From: Cyanobium sp.
Lineage (GTDB): Bacteria > Cyanobacteriota > Cyanobacteriia > PCC-6307 > Cyanobiaceae
Reading direction: 5' to 3'
DNA length: 64,000 nt
NCBI GenBank assembly: GCA_044351065.1
Contig: JBILGK010000017.1
Coordinates: 3,003-67,002 of the forward strand
In this document: positions 20,799-31,867 of the stretch, one piece after another
Position numbering within the stretch: the first letter of the stretch is position 1
How the letters are laid out: every line of letters begins with the position of its first letter
Translations under genes and position numbers: made by a program
The notes under the pieces: generated by a model
What the model saw: only the letters and a program-made list of their open reading frames with translations
Told to the model about the DNA's origin: nothing
Database searches by the model: none

Positions 20799-21737
20799 AT
20801 GAGCCTTGCCGAGGAACTGAAGCAGGAGGCCGCCACCCTGGGTTTCAACCCGGTGGGCATCGCCGCCACACCGGGCGGGCCACGGCTGGCCCTGCGCAGC
20901 GCTGCCCTGGAGCGTTGGCTGGCGGCGGGCCACCAGGCGGGGATGGGCTGGATGGCCGACCCCCGTCGACGGGCGGTGAGCGAGCTGTTGCCGGGGGTTC
21001 GCTCCCTTGTGGCGGTGGCATTGCCCCACCATGTGAACGACGCAACGAAGCCCGGGGCGCTGAAGGTGGCGCGCTACGGCTGGGGGCGCGACTATCACCG
21101 CCTGATCGACGGCCGGCTGCGGCGGCTGGGCCGCTGGCTGGAGGAGCGCCGGCCCGGAAGTCGCTGGCGGGTCTGTGTGGACAGCGCGCCGCTGATGGAC
21201 AAAGCCTGGGCCGAGGAGGCCGGGCTGGGCTGGATCGGCAAGAACGGCAACCTGATCCATCGACAGCGGGGTTCCTGGCTGCTGCTGGGCCATCTGCTCA
21301 CCACCGTGGCGCTGCCGCCGGACCGACCGGCGCCGACCCTGTGCGGTCGCTGCACCGCCTGCCTCGACGCCTGCCCCACCGGGGCGATTCCCGAGCCGTT
21401 CGTGGTCGATGCGCGCCGCTGCCTCGCCTATCACACCATCGAAAACCGCGATCCCGCGCTGCCGGCGGGGATCGCGGCGCAGCTGCACGGCTGGGTGGCC
21501 GGCTGCGACATCTGTCAGGAGGTGTGTCCATGGAACGGGCCGACGCTGCCCAGCAGCGATGAACCAGAACTGCAACCCCGCCCTTGGCTGCTCGAACTGC
21601 AGGCGGAGGAAGCCCTGCGCTGGAGTGACAGCGACTGGGACGAACGGCTGCGGGCCTCGGCGCTGCGGCGCATCAAGCCCTGGATGTGGCGTCGCAACAT
21701 CAAAGCCGCGCTGGGGGAAGGGACCACATCTCCCTAG
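20799..21737 (+). CDS. queG: epoxyqueuosine reductase
   Basis: 312 aa with WMADPRRR, the 4Fe-4S motif CGRCTACLDACPTGAI, CLAYHTIE and CDICQEVCPWN. Confidence 0.88.
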   Translation: MSLAEELKQEAATLGFNPVGIAATPGGPRLALRSAALERWLAAGHQAGMGWMADPRRRAVSELLPGVRSLVAVALPHHVNDATKPGALKVARYGWGRDYHRLIDGRLRRLGRWLEERRPGSRWRVCVDSAPLMDKAWAEEAGLGWIGKNGNLIHRQRGSWLLLGHLLTTVALPPDRPAPTLCGRCTACLDACPTGAIPEPFVVDARRCLAYHTIENRDPALPAGIAAQLHGWVAGCDICQEVCPWNGPTLPSSDEPELQPRPWLLELQAEEALRWSDSDWDERLRASALRRIKPWMWRRNIKAALGEGTTSP

Positions 21738-21762
21738 GCTGGATAGAATTTGGAAGGATCCC

Positions 21763-22692
21763 GTGGGCCGGCGTCAGAGCCAACAGATCTCACACCTGAT
21801 CCGCAAGGTGCTCGCGGGCCTGCCCCTGGCCCTCGTTCTCGGAATGCCGGTCGTGCCGATCGGGGCAGCCCGGGCGATGGTTCCCTTCGTCTACGTGCCG
21901 CCGGCGAAGGATCTCGAGGCCGCGGGATACGGCATCGCCCAGGCCGCCTCCCGCCTGCTGCGCATGGGGCAGGTGGAAGAGGCGGCGCGCCTGGCGGAAC
22001 TCACGGTACGGCTGCTGCCGGGTGATCCCCGTGGCTGGGTGCTGCTGGCGGAGGCCCAACTTCGCAGCGATCACACTGACAAAGCACTTTTGGCCCTCAG
22101 CAAAGCGAAACAGCTCGACCCCCAAAACCCCGGCATCTGGTTCGCCGAGGGGTCCCTGGCCCTGCGCAACGGCAAGCCCGAGGAAGCGATCGGCCTGCTG
22201 AATCGGGGGCTGCAGCTCGATGGCCGCAACGCCGGTGCGTACTTCGACCTCGGCAATGCCCAGCTGCTGCTCGGTCAAGGGGACAAGGCCCTGGGATCCT
22301 TCGAGCGGGCGGCGAAGCTGCGGCGGGACTTCTGGGAAGCGATCAACAACCAGGGTCTGGTGTTGTGGGAGGCCGACCGCCGACCGGCCGCGCTGGAACG
22401 GTGGCGAAAGGTGATGCGCATCAAACCCGACGTTCCGGAAACCTCCCTGGCCCTGGCTGCCGGGCTGTTCGCCACCGATCCGGGCCAGCGCAGCGAGGCA
22501 CTGCGCCTGGCGGAGCTGGCCCTCAACGAGCAACCCAACTACGTCATGGACGCCTACCAGAAAGATCAGCTCTGGGGGGAAAAGCTGCGCGCCGCCACAC
22601 GCCGACTGCTGAAGCAACCGGAGCTGAAACTGGTTGTCGATCGGGCGATGGCGAATGCCACGGCGGACAACGAACCAGGCGGCGAACCTTGA
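21763..22692 (+). CDS. TPR-repeat protein with N-terminal signal/anchor
   Basis: GTG at 21763 follows a GGAAGGA RBS, in the frame of ORF 21409..22692. A hydrophobic N-terminus (LAGLPLALVLGMPVVPIGAARA) is followed by several TPR-like units (AEAQLRSDHTDKALLALSKAKQLDPQNP ...). Confidence 0.72.
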   Translation: MGRRQSQQISHLIRKVLAGLPLALVLGMPVVPIGAARAMVPFVYVPPAKDLEAAGYGIAQAASRLLRMGQVEEAARLAELTVRLLPGDPRGWVLLAEAQLRSDHTDKALLALSKAKQLDPQNPGIWFAEGSLALRNGKPEEAIGLLNRGLQLDGRNAGAYFDLGNAQLLLGQGDKALGSFERAAKLRRDFWEAINNQGLVLWEADRRPAALERWRKVMRIKPDVPETSLALAAGLFATDPGQRSEALRLAELALNEQPNYVMDAYQKDQLWGEKLRAATRRLLKQPELKLVVDRAMANATADNEPGGEP

Positions 22693-22759
22693 ATCTTGGG
22701 GCGATGGGCCGCCATCGGTAGGCTGAGCGCCGTCTTCTGCCCCCAGACTCAGACACCGG

Positions 22760-25270
22760 ATGGCCGAGGACCGCCGCAGGACCCCAAACGGCGACGACGA
22801 CCGGGACGACCGGATCGAACCGATCGCCCTGCATCAGGAGATGCAGCGCTCGTACCTCGAGTACGCGATGAGTGTGATCGTGGGGCGTGCCCTCCCCGAC
22901 GTGCGGGACGGACTCAAACCGGTGCAGCGCCGCATCCTGTTCGCGATGCACGAGCTGGGCCTCACCCCCGACCGTCCCTACCGCAAATGCGCCCGCGTGG
23001 TGGGCGACGTGCTCGGCAAATATCACCCCCACGGCGATCAGGCGGTGTACGACGCGCTGGTGCGCCTGGTACAGACCTTCGCCAGCCGCCATCCACTGCT
23101 GGACGGGCATGGCAACTTCGGCTCGGTGGACGACGATCCGCCGGCGGCGATGCGCTACACCGAGACCCGGCTGGCGCCGATCGCCAACGAAGCGCTGCTT
23201 GAGGAGATCGGCAGCGACACCGTCGATTTCGCCGCCAACTTCGACGGTTCCCAGCAGGAGCCGACGGTGCTTCCAGCCCAGCTTCCCTTTCTGCTGCTCA
23301 ATGGGTGCTCCGGCATCGCCGTGGGCATGGCCACCAGCATCCCCCCCCACAACCTCGGTGAAATCGTCGATGCCCTGATCGCCCTGATCCGCCGACCGGA
23401 ACTCAGCGACGAGAAGCTTCTCGAGATGGTCCCGGGACCAGACTTCCCCACCGGCGGCGAGGTACTCGTCGGCGGTGGTCTGCGCGACACCTATCTCCTG
23501 GGCCGCGGCAGCATCCCGATGCGGGGGATCACCCACATCGAGGAGGTGCAACCCGGCAAGGGGCGCCATCGACGCAGCGCCATCGTGGTCACCGAGCTTC
23601 CCTACCAACTCAGCAAGGCTGGCTGGATCGAAAAGCTGGCAGAGCAGGTGAATGAGGGCCGGATCAGCGGCATCGCCGACATCCGCGACGAGAGCGACCG
23701 GGATGGCATGCGTGTGGTGGTGGAGCTGCGTCGCGACGCAATCGCCGAGACGGTGCTGGCGGAATTGCAACGCCGCACCGCGCTGCAAAGCAATTTCGGC
23801 GCGATTCTGCTGGCCTTGGTGAACGGCCAACCGGTGCAGCTCAGCTTGCGCCAGCTGCTGCAGCAGTTTCTCGAGTACCGCGAACTCACACTGATCCGCC
23901 GCACCCGCCACGCGCTGACCCGCTGCGAGGAGCGTCTGGAGGTGGTGGAAGGCCTGATCCGGGCCCTGGCGCGGCTGCGGGAGGTGATCGAGATGATCAC
24001 CGCGGCCGCCGACGCCGCTGCGGCGCGGGCCAGCCTTCAGGTGCGCCTGGATCTGAGCGAGCGTCAGGCCGATGCCGTGCTGGCGATGCCCCTGCGCCGC
24101 CTCACCGGCCTGGAGCAGGAGAGCCTTCACAAGGAGGCGGAAGAGCTGCGGCAGGAACGCACCCGGCTCCGGCACCTCCTCGACGAGCGGGGCAGCCTGC
24201 TCGACGCCATGGTGACGGAACTCAAAACGCTCAAGAAGCGCTATGCCACCCCCCGTCGCACCCGCCTGGTGGAAGGGGGCGACGAACTGGCGGTGCAGCG
24301 GGCTGCCGCGGCACGCCCGAACGCGGAACTGCAGCGGCAGCAAGCCTTCGAGGGATTGGCCAGCGACGGTCGCCTGCTGCTCCAGAGCGATGGCACCTTG
24401 CGCATCGTCAACGCCCAGACGCTGGGTCGCCTGCATCTGGAGGAGGCCGCCGAGCTGGGCGAGCAACCGCCACCGGCGCGCCTGTTGCTGCCGGTGGCGA
24501 ACCATCCCCAACTGCTGGCCTTCAGCGCCGATGGCCGGGTTGCCCTGCTGCGCTGGGAATTCGCCGGTCAGCAACCCGGAAACGTGGAGCGTTTCCTGCC
24601 CGAGAGCCTCAGCGGCGCCTCCGTGGTGCAGGTTCTGCCGCTGCCAACGCCGCCGGAAGGCAGCCTCGGTCTGCTGAGCAGCGATGGACGCTTCAAGCGA
24701 CTGCCGATCGAGGACTTCCTCGAACTCTCCGGCCGCGCCGCCACAGTGTTGAAGCTCAAGGAGGGGGTGGAATTGCGCCGGGTGGTTCCCTGCCGGGAAG
24801 GGGAGGATCTGGTGGTGGCCAGCAGCACCGGCCGGTTGCTGCGACTTGTGGTGAACGAAGGGAATCTGCCGCTGATGGGCCGCACCGCGCAGGGACCGAT
24901 GCTGCTGCGCCTTCTGCCCGGCGAGGCGGTGGTGGGGGCAACCTGCGTAGCGGGGGGTGGCGAGGGTGGGGTGGTGCTGGCCAGCCGCGGCGGCCAGCTC
25001 AAGCGGCTGCGGGTGGCGGATTTGCGGCCGTGCCAGAGGGGCGACCTGGGCCAGATCGGCCTGCGCTTCCGCGAGCGGGGCGACGTGCTGGTCGACCTCT
25101 GCGGCGACGATGGGACGCTCCTGGCGGTGCGGCTGGATGGAGGGGTGGGTCGCAGTGGCCGGCTGTCCCCGCTCGATCTCCCCCTGGAGGACAGCACGGG
25201 CGAGGGCATCCAGCTGCCCCTGGCGGCGAACGAACGCTTGCGGGAACTGGTGCCGCTTCACTTGACATGA
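22760..25270 (+). CDS. DNA gyrase/topoisomerase IV subunit A homologue (second, ParC-like GyrA paralogue of cyanobacteria)
   Basis: 836 aa with [39 protein letters not shown] and the catalytic AAMRYTE tyrosine region, plus C-terminal beta-pinwheel repeats. Confidence 0.9.
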   Translation: MAEDRRRTPNGDDDRDDRIEPIALHQEMQRSYLEYAMSVIVGRALPDVRDGLKPVQRRILFAMHELGLTPDRPYRKCARVVGDVLGKYHPHGDQAVYDALVRLVQTFASRHPLLDGHGNFGSVDDDPPAAMRYTETRLAPIANEALLEEIGSDTVDFAANFDGSQQEPTVLPAQLPFLLLNGCSGIAVGMATSIPPHNLGEIVDALIALIRRPELSDEKLLEMVPGPDFPTGGEVLVGGGLRDTYLLGRGSIPMRGITHIEEVQPGKGRHRRSAIVVTELPYQLSKAGWIEKLAEQVNEGRISGIADIRDESDRDGMRVVVELRRDAIAETVLAELQRRTALQSNFGAILLALVNGQPVQLSLRQLLQQFLEYRELTLIRRTRHALTRCEERLEVVEGLIRALARLREVIEMITAAADAAAARASLQVRLDLSERQADAVLAMPLRRLTGLEQESLHKEAEELRQERTRLRHLLDERGSLLDAMVTELKTLKKRYATPRRTRLVEGGDELAVQRAAAARPNAELQRQQAFEGLASDGRLLLQSDGTLRIVNAQTLGRLHLEEAAELGEQPPPARLLLPVANHPQLLAFSADGRVALLRWEFAGQQPGNVERFLPESLSGASVVQVLPLPTPPEGSLGLLSSDGRFKRLPIEDFLELSGRAATVLKLKEGVELRRVVPCREGEDLVVASSTGRLLRLVVNEGNLPLMGRTAQGPMLLRLLPGEAVVGATCVAGGGEGGVVLASRGGQLKRLRVADLRPCQRGDLGQIGLRFRERGDVLVDLCGDDGTLLAVRLDGGVGRSGRLSPLDLPLEDSTGEGIQLPLAANERLRELVPLHLT

Positions 25271-26034
25271 GGCGCTGGATTGCCACCACCGTGCTGGTGA
25301 CCCTGCTCGCCGGCGGGTCGGCCCGGGGCAGCCCGACCACTTTGCCCGGACCCGACGGGCTGATCCCCCTGCCGGAGGAGGCTGGACAGCAGCTCCTGTT
25401 CCGCAGCCGGATACGGGCCGACTTCCTGCCGCTGGTGCTGTGGTTCGTGACCCAGGCGAACCTGGCCTACTGCGGGGTGGCCAGCTCCGTGATGGCCCTC
25501 AACAGCCTCGGGGTGCCGCCCCCCCCGACGGAGGGCTACGGCAGCCACCGCTTCTGGACCCAGGAAAATCTTTTCGCCGCCGCCGCGACCCGTTCGATCA
25601 CGACAGCCGAGACCGTGTCCCGCCGAGGGATGACCCTGGCCCAACTGGCTGGCCTGCTGGCGGCCCAGGGGATCCCGGTGCAGCGATGGCATGGCGATCA
25701 GTTGAGCCTCCCCCAGTTCCGCGGCCTGCTGATGCGCAGCCTCTCGGATCCGCAGGACAGGCTGCTGGTGAACTACCACCGACCGGCCCTCGGACAGCAG
25801 GGGGGCGGACACATCTCCCCCCTGGCTGCCTATGACCCCGTCGGCGACCGGGTGCTGATCCTCGACGTCGCCCGCTACCGCTATCCCTCGCTATGGGTAC
25901 CCACCGCCAGTCTCTGGCGAGCGATCCGCACGGTCGATCCGGATTCCGGGGCCAACCGGGGCCTGGTACGCATCAGCCGGGCGCCGTCGGTGCCGAACCC
26001 GCAGCCTGCAACCACGCTTCAATCCGGGCCGTGA
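25267..26034 (+). CDS. phytochelatin synthase-like (papain-fold gamma-glutamylcysteine transpeptidase-like) protein, secreted
   Basis: ATG at 25267 overlaps the gyrA-like stop (ATGA). Signal peptide [24 protein letters not shown]-type motifs [19 protein letters not shown] (Cys), [12 protein letters not shown] (His) and [16 protein letters not shown] (Asp). Confidence 0.75.
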   Translation: MRRWIATTVLVTLLAGGSARGSPTTLPGPDGLIPLPEEAGQQLLFRSRIRADFLPLVLWFVTQANLAYCGVASSVMALNSLGVPPPPTEGYGSHRFWTQENLFAAAATRSITTAETVSRRGMTLAQLAGLLAAQGIPVQRWHGDQLSLPQFRGLLMRSLSDPQDRLLVNYHRPALGQQGGGHISPLAAYDPVGDRVLILDVARYRYPSLWVPTASLWRAIRTVDPDSGANRGLVRISRAPSVPNPQPATTLQSGP

Positions 26035-27064
26035 AAACTTGCGGGCTGTGGTGCTGTTCCGCCCAGGATCGGCAGGCCCTTCTATCGACGGCCGCCGCCC
26101 GTTGCACCGCCGCCGCCAGAGCGTCCAGATCATCGGGGGTGGCCAGGGCACCGTTGACTCCCTCGCGCACCAGCTCACCGGGGCCGCCCCGGGCGTAGGC
26201 CGCCACAGGGACCCCACAGGCCATCGCCTCGACCACCACGTTGCCGAAGGCCTCATTCCAACGGGGGGTGTTGACGAACACCCGGCAGCGGCCCAGCTCG
26301 GCCTGCAGGCGGTCGGTGGGTTGGAAGCCGCGCCACTCGATCGTGCCGGGGGGCACGGAGCGCTCCACCGCCGCTGCGTAGTCCCCGTCCTGCCGCACCC
26401 CCCACACCCGCAGCGGCAGAGCGAGTCGAGCGGCCACCCGGGCGGCATCCTCCAGCCCCTTCTCCGGCGAGATCCGTCCGGCCCAACCCAAGGCGGGCTC
26501 CACCTCCTCGGCGGCGGCGGGGTGGTAGCGACTGAGATCGAACCCGTTGCCCACCAGTCGGGGCGGGGCCGCCAAGCGGAAGTCGGCGGCCTGGGCAGCG
26601 GTGTGGAATGCCAGGCGCTGCGGATTCCAGGCGGACACCGCCTCGATCGCCGCATCCATCACCTCCGCCACCGAGCCCATGCTCACCAGGTGGCAGAGCG
26701 GTGTGGCGACGAAGCGCGTGAGCCAGAAGGGGAGCCAGTCGTAGGCCAGATTGAGGATCCGGTCGAACTCTCCCTGCCGCTCCAGCGCTCGTTGCCAAAG
26801 GCGAGGCAGCAGGGCGTCGGCGGGCATGGCGACCGGGGTGTTGCGACCCTGCTGCTGCCAACTGGGCTGGTCCACCCCCCGCTCCGCCCACAGGCTGGCG
26901 GCGACGCAGCTCGGAGGCAGCACCGAGCCCTCCGGCGCCAGCACGGTGACCGCATGGCCGCGGCCCAGCAACCCGGTGATGATCATCACCGCGGTGTGCT
27001 CCACGCCGCCGCCCCGGCCGCTGCCGAGGGAGCCGACCGGTGTGCTCACCACCAGCACCCTCAT
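25973..27064 (-). CDS. GT4-family glycosyltransferase (possibly pteridine glucosyltransferase-like)
   Basis: Start at MRVLVVSTPVGSLGSGRGGGVEH (CAT 27062-27064) within ORF 25973..27292. Contains ISPEKG and the EAFGNVVVEAMACGVPV (E-x7-E) GT-B motifs. The STPVGxLGSGxGGGVE opening recalls cyanobacterial BGluT-type enzymes, from memory and unverified. Confidence 0.8.
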   Translation of the reverse strand: MRVLVVSTPVGSLGSGRGGGVEHTAVMIITGLLGRGHAVTVLAPEGSVLPPSCVAASLWAERGVDQPSWQQQGRNTPVAMPADALLPRLWQRALERQGEFDRILNLAYDWLPFWLTRFVATPLCHLVSMGSVAEVMDAAIEAVSAWNPQRLAFHTAAQAADFRLAAPPRLVGNGFDLSRYHPAAAEEVEPALGWAGRISPEKGLEDAARVAARLALPLRVWGVRQDGDYAAAVERSVPPGTIEWRGFQPTDRLQAELGRCRVFVNTPRWNEAFGNVVVEAMACGVPVAAYARGGPGELVREGVNGALATPDDLDALAAAVQRAAAVDRRACRSWAEQHHSPQVFTARIEAWLQAAGSAPTAPG

Positions 27065-27143
27065 CCAACCCTCCCGGCTGCCCGCGACATGCAAGGGCCA
27101 GCATCGCAGCCGCTTAGCGTTCTGTGTTTCGCTGCTCGATCGC

Positions 27144-27938
27144 GTGAGTGCCGGCGCCACCCTGCCCTCCCCCCCGCCAGCCCTGCCGGTGGAGCGGTTC
27201 CTGAACGACGGCTTCGCTCTGCGCTCGCAGTTGGCCACCTTCCTCTCCCTGACGCCAGAGGAGCTGGAGCGGCGCCTTCCGCAGAGCACCACCGAGCTGG
27301 CGGAACTCCATCCGGGCGCCTTCGACCCCGCTTGCCCCGAAACCTTCTACGAGCAGACGGTCGGAGACGCCCACCTGCTGGAGCTGGCGGCCTGGCATCT
27401 GGGCAGCGCCGCCTACATCGCTGACACCCTGCGCCTGCAGGAGCGCTTCGCCCGCGGCCAGGTGCTCGACTTCGGCGGAGGCATCGGCAGTCATGCCCTG
27501 GCGGCGGCCGCCCTGCCCGAGGTGGAGGCGGTGTGGTTTGTGGATCTCAATCCGCGCAACCGGGAGTTCGTGCACTGGAGGGCCGCCCAGCTGGGCCTGG
27601 CCGATCGCCTGCACTGTCACCGCGACCTCAACGATCCAGCCCTCCCCTCCCGCTTTGAGACGATCGTCTGTCTCGACGTTCTGGAGCATCTCGGTGATCC
27701 AGCCGCTCAGCTGGAGCGGTTTGCCGAGCGACTGGATCCCGTGGGCACCGCACTTCTGAACTGGTACTTCTTCCAAGGCTTCCACGGCGAATACCCCTTC
27801 CACTACGACGATCCGCAGCTGGTGGAGCGTTTCTTTCTCACCTTGCAGAGTCGTTTCCTGGAAGTTTTCCACCCCTGGCTGATCACAACACGGGCCTACC
27901 GGCCGATGCCAAGCAACAGGGAGTCTGTCAGGGGCTAG
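27144..27938 (+). CDS. class I SAM-dependent methyltransferase
   Basis: 3' part of ORF 26751..27938. Motif I VLDFGGGIGSHA; later IVCLDVLEHL. No ATG is available, so the start is GTG at 27144 (or 27189); start uncertain. Confidence 0.62.
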   Translation: MSAGATLPSPPPALPVERFLNDGFALRSQLATFLSLTPEELERRLPQSTTELAELHPGAFDPACPETFYEQTVGDAHLLELAAWHLGSAAYIADTLRLQERFARGQVLDFGGGIGSHALAAAALPEVEAVWFVDLNPRNREFVHWRAAQLGLADRLHCHRDLNDPALPSRFETIVCLDVLEHLGDPAAQLERFAERLDPVGTALLNWYFFQGFHGEYPFHYDDPQLVERFFLTLQSRFLEVFHPWLITTRAYRPMPSNRESVRG

Positions 27939-29440
27939 CCCCGTGCCAGGCCAGCTGGTTCGAGCATCAACTTCGTGCGCTTCGTCGCCTCATCCATCTC
28001 GATCGGATACTCACCGTCGAAACAGGCTGTGCAGAAATTGTGAGAGCTGGTGTGGGCAGCCTCCACCATGCCTGCCTTGCTCAGATAGCAAAGAGAATCA
28101 ACGCCGAGGTGGTGCTCGATCTCCGCCAGGGTGAGACGGGCCGCGATCAGATGGTCCTGGGTGTCGGTGTCGATGCCATAGAAGCAGGGGTGGGTGACCG
28201 GCGGAGAACTGATCCGCATGTGCACCTCGGTGGCGCCCGCATCGCGCAGAGCCTGCACCAACTTGCGACTGGTGGTGCCCCGCACGATCGAGTCGTCAAT
28301 CACCACCACCCGCTTGCCCGCCAGCACATCGGGCAGGGGGTTGAGTTTGACCCGGATGCCGGCCTCCCGCATCGCTTGGGTGGGCTGGATGAAGGTGCGA
28401 CCGACATAGCGATTTTTGATCAGGCCATCGCCGAAGGGGATGCCGCTGACGCCCGAGTAGCCGATCGCAGCCGGAATACCGGAATCCGGGACACCGATCA
28501 CGATGTCGGCCTCAACGGGGTTCTCGCGGGCCAGCACTTCGCCGATCCGCACCCGGTAGCTGTAGAGAGACTCGCCGAAGAAGCGGCTGTCGGGGCGGGC
28601 AAAGTAGATCATCTCAAAGACACACAGCTTCGCCGGCTGCTCGATCCAGCGCTCCCGCACCGGCTCGGGGGCTCCCTGGCGGAAGTGCATCAGCTCCCCG
28701 GGGGCAACGTCGTCGTGGTACGAGGCTCCGATGATGTCGAGGCCGCAGGTCTCGCTGCTCACCGCCCACTGGGCCTCCTGGCGCTCGCCCAGGTGACCGA
28801 AAACGAGCGGACGGATGCCGTGGCCATCCCGCAGGGCGAACAGCCCCTCCGCCGTACCGATCACCAGGCTGAAGGCTCCGCGGCAGCGACTGGCGGCGCG
28901 GCGGATCGCGGCGCTCCAACCGAGGCCCCCGTCCACCGCCTCCTGCAGTGCGAAGGCGATCAGTTCGGAATCGGTGGTGGAGGTGAACTCACCGGAGAGG
29001 TGATCGAGGGAGGCGCGCAGCTCAGCCGCATTGACCAGATTGCCGTTGTGAGCCAGGGCGAAGGGACCCAGGCGGGTCATCAACACCACCGGCTGGGCGT
29101 TGCACACCCGGCTGCTGCCGGTGGTGGAGTAGCGGTTATGGCCGATCGCCAGTTCGCCGGGCATGCGGGCGAGCACGTCCTGGTCGAACACCTGGCTGAC
29201 CAGGCCCATGTCCTTGTGCAGCCGCACGCGAGCGTCGTGGAACACGGCGATGCCCGCGGATTCCTGGCCGCGGTGCTGGAGAGCGTAGAGGCCGAAATAG
29301 GCGAGGTTGGCAACCGCCTGGCCTGGTGCCAGGACGGCAAAGATGCCGCAGGCTTCCTCCGGCTTGTCCGGTCGGTCGGCGTTCGGAGCAGAAGCCGAGA
29401 GCACGGCAAGGCCCAAAGAGGGAGCTGCATCTTGACGCAT
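27935..29440 (-). CDS. purF: amidophosphoribosyltransferase
   Basis: Start at MRQDAAPS (CAT 29438-29440). A propeptide is followed by the nucleophile Cys in ACGIFAV, then HRGQESAGI and the PRPP loop VVVIDDSIVRGTT. Confidence 0.92.
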   Translation of the reverse strand: MRQDAAPSLGLAVLSASAPNADRPDKPEEACGIFAVLAPGQAVANLAYFGLYALQHRGQESAGIAVFHDARVRLHKDMGLVSQVFDQDVLARMPGELAIGHNRYSTTGSSRVCNAQPVVLMTRLGPFALAHNGNLVNAAELRASLDHLSGEFTSTTDSELIAFALQEAVDGGLGWSAAIRRAASRCRGAFSLVIGTAEGLFALRDGHGIRPLVFGHLGERQEAQWAVSSETCGLDIIGASYHDDVAPGELMHFRQGAPEPVRERWIEQPAKLCVFEMIYFARPDSRFFGESLYSYRVRIGEVLARENPVEADIVIGVPDSGIPAAIGYSGVSGIPFGDGLIKNRYVGRTFIQPTQAMREAGIRVKLNPLPDVLAGKRVVVIDDSIVRGTTSRKLVQALRDAGATEVHMRISSPPVTHPCFYGIDTDTQDHLIAARLTLAEIEHHLGVDSLCYLSKAGMVEAAHTSSHNFCTACFDGEYPIEMDEATKRTKLMLEPAGLARG

Positions 29441-29451
29441 CGCCAGCGGTC

Positions 29452-31839
29452 TCAATGCTCGGGGGGGGGTCCGGCTTCCCGCAGCCTGCGCGGAATGCCC
29501 TCTTCGTAGCTGTGCCGCAAATCGGCCACCGGCACCTGGAGCAGCACTGCCCCGCTCCGCCGGATCGTGAGAGGGGCCCGGGCCTCCACCATCCCAAGCC
29601 AGAGGGCCGGCACGGCATCCCCGACACGCGCCAGGGCCTGCCGCCAGTCGTCGGCCGCCTCGGGCGGCACGGTGACGAGCACCCGTGCGCCCCCCTCGGC
29701 GAACAGGAGTCGATCGGGGCGGGCGGAACCGGCCGGCAGCTCCAGCCGTGCCCCGAGGCCACCGGCCAGGCAGCACTCGGCCACCGCCACCGCAAGGCCG
29801 CCGTCGCTGAGGTCATGGGCGGAGGCCACCAGGCCGGCGGCGATCGCCTCCCGCAGGAACGCCTGGGCCGCTCGCTCCAGCTCCAGGTCAACCTCAGGCG
29901 GACGGCCGGTGAGCCGCCCGTGGATGCTCTCCAGATAGCTGCTGGCCGCCAGGGAAACCCGGGGGTCGGCGGGGGCATCGCCGGCCTCAGGCGGCACGCC
30001 GAGCAGCCAGACGGCGGCGCCGGGCTGCCGCCAAGCCAGGCCGGTCACGCGGGCGAGATCACTCACCAGCCCCACCATTCCCACCACGGGGGTGGGATGG
30101 ATCGGCTGCAGGGAGCCATCCGGCAACCGGCTCTCGTTGAAGAGCGAGACATTGCCGCCGGTGACCGGTGTCGCCAGGGCTCGACAGGCCTCCGCCAGGC
30201 CGCGGCAGGCCATCGCCAGCTGCCAGTAGCCAGTGGCGGTCTGGGGGGAGGGGAAGTTGAGGTTGTCGGTCACAGCCAGGGGCTCGGCGCCGACGCAGCT
30301 GAGGTTGCGGGCCGCCTCCGCCACCGCAGCCATCCCGCCCCGCTCCGGATCGAGGGCCACCCAGCGGTTCGGGCAGTCGACCACCGCCGCCACCCCCCGC
30401 GGGGAGGGACGCAGGGACGCCTCCCCCTGTTGCGGGCGCAGCCGCACCACCGCCGCGTCCGCGCCCCCGGGGGGGACCACCGTGTTGGCCTGCACCTGGT
30501 GGTCGTACTGGCGCCAGACCCAGCGCTTGCTCGCGATCGTGGGGTCATCCAGCAGGCGCAGCAGGACATCGGCCCAGGGCAGGCGGCCATCGGCCAGCAT
30601 CACCCCGTGCTCGTCGGCGCCGGGGAGATCGGCCTCCCGCCAGCGCCAGTGAGCCTGGATGGCTTCCGGGGGCTCGGAAAGCAGGACGTGGTGGTTGATC
30701 GGCGTGTCCTCCGCCAGGGCGCGGGCGGGCACCTCGGCGGCGATGGCGCCGTTCTGGAGCACCCGCACCACGCTCTCCTCCAGGACCCGTCCGACAACCG
30801 CCGCCTGAAGACCCCAACGCCGGAAGCGGGCCATCAGCGACTCCTCCCGCCCGGGGCGCACCACAAACAGCATTCGTTCCTGGGACTCGCTGAGCAGGAA
30901 CTCGTAGGCGGTCATGCCGCTCTCCCGAGCCGGTACGCGATCGAGGTCGAGCTCCACCCCCACCCCGCCCTTGGCGGCCATCTCGGCACAGCTGCAGGTG
31001 AGGCCCGCGGCGCCCATGTCCTGGGCGGCCACCACGTCACCGCTCTGGAAAGCCTCCAGGCAGGCCTCGATCAGCCCCTTCTCCAGGAAGGGATCGCCCA
31101 CCTGGACAGCGGGGCGATCGTCGAGGGAGGCCTCGCTGAGTTCGGCGCTGGCGAAGCTGGCGCCGCCCATGCCATCGCGGCCGGTGGTGCTGCCCACATA
31201 GACCACCGGATAACCGATGCCGCTGGCACCGGCCCGCACGATGTCCTCGGTCTCCATCAAGCCGAGGGCCATGGCATTCACCAGCGGGTTGCCGGAATAG
31301 CTGGGGTCGAAGGCCACCTCGCCCCCCACGGTTGGCACGCCGACGCAGTTGCCGTAATGGGCAATGCCGGCCACCACCCCCTCCAGCAGGCCAACGTTGC
31401 GCGGGTCCTCAAGCGGACCGAAGCGGAGCGCGTTGAGGAGGGCGATCGGCCGGGCCCCCATGGTGAAGATGTCCCGCAGGATTCCGCCCACGCCGGTCGC
31501 CGCCCCCTGGAACGGCTCCACGGCGGAGGGATGGTTATGGCTCTCGATCTTGAAGGCCAGCCTCTGGCCCTCGCCAAGATCCACAACGCCGGCGTTCTCG
31601 CCCGGCCCCACCAGGATGTGCGGACCGCTGGTGGGAAAACCGGCCAGCAGGGGGCGTGAGTTGCGGTAGCAGCAGTGCTCTGACCACATCACCCCGAACA
31701 TGCCGAGCTCGGCGCGGTTCGGCGCACGGCCCAGGCGATGCACGATCTCGCCGTAGTCGCCCTCGCTGAGGCCCTCCTTGCGCAGCGCCTGCCGCACCTC
31801 CTCGGACGGGGGGCTGGCGGGGGCGGAGGAGGCGGCCAC
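29452..31839 (-). CDS. purL: phosphoribosylformylglycinamidine synthase subunit PurL
   Basis: Within ORF 29452..32181. GTG at 31839 (VAASSAP...) is the first plausible start after the upstream gene's stop. Contains [16 protein letters not shown] and duplicated AIR-synthase-like domains. Confidence 0.88.
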   Translation of the reverse strand: MAASSAPASPPSEEVRQALRKEGLSEGDYGEIVHRLGRAPNRAELGMFGVMWSEHCCYRNSRPLLAGFPTSGPHILVGPGENAGVVDLGEGQRLAFKIESHNHPSAVEPFQGAATGVGGILRDIFTMGARPIALLNALRFGPLEDPRNVGLLEGVVAGIAHYGNCVGVPTVGGEVAFDPSYSGNPLVNAMALGLMETEDIVRAGASGIGYPVVYVGSTTGRDGMGGASFASAELSEASLDDRPAVQVGDPFLEKGLIEACLEAFQSGDVVAAQDMGAAGLTCSCAEMAAKGGVGVELDLDRVPARESGMTAYEFLLSESQERMLFVVRPGREESLMARFRRWGLQAAVVGRVLEESVVRVLQNGAIAAEVPARALAEDTPINHHVLLSEPPEAIQAHWRWREADLPGADEHGVMLADGRLPWADVLLRLLDDPTIASKRWVWRQYDHQVQANTVVPPGGADAAVVRLRPQQGEASLRPSPRGVAAVVDCPNRWVALDPERGGMAAVAEAARNLSCVGAEPLAVTDNLNFPSPQTATGYWQLAMACRGLAEACRALATPVTGGNVSLFNESRLPDGSLQPIHPTPVVGMVGLVSDLARVTGLAWRQPGAAVWLLGVPPEAGDAPADPRVSLAASSYLESIHGRLTGRPPEVDLELERAAQAFLREAIAAGLVASAHDLSDGGLAVAVAECCLAGGLGARLELPAGSARPDRLLFAEGGARVLVTVPPEAADDWRQALARVGDAVPALWLGMVEARAPLTIRRSGAVLLQVPVADLRHSYEEGIPRRLREAGPPPEH

Positions 31840-31867
31840 GGCGCGGGGGAGGCGGTGAACCCCAGTA

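Noticed and set aside
22544-25261. 905-aa ORF antisense to the gyrA-like gene. Similar giants are 61..2097, 1196..3034, 7306..8880, 14234..15778, 29326..31659 and 40625..42940.
   Set aside because: Each mirrors a confidently identified gene on the opposite strand and is R/A/G/P/H/Q-rich without recognisable domains. Stop codons are rare in the antisense frames of GC3-rich genes.
27935-27938. CTAG shared as a stop codon by both convergent genes (methyltransferase TAG and purF TAG)
   Set aside because: It is real but a trivial consequence of gene packing. Similar 26-62 nt convergent overlaps occur at 4062-4087, 11257-11282, 25973-26034 and 55302-55339.
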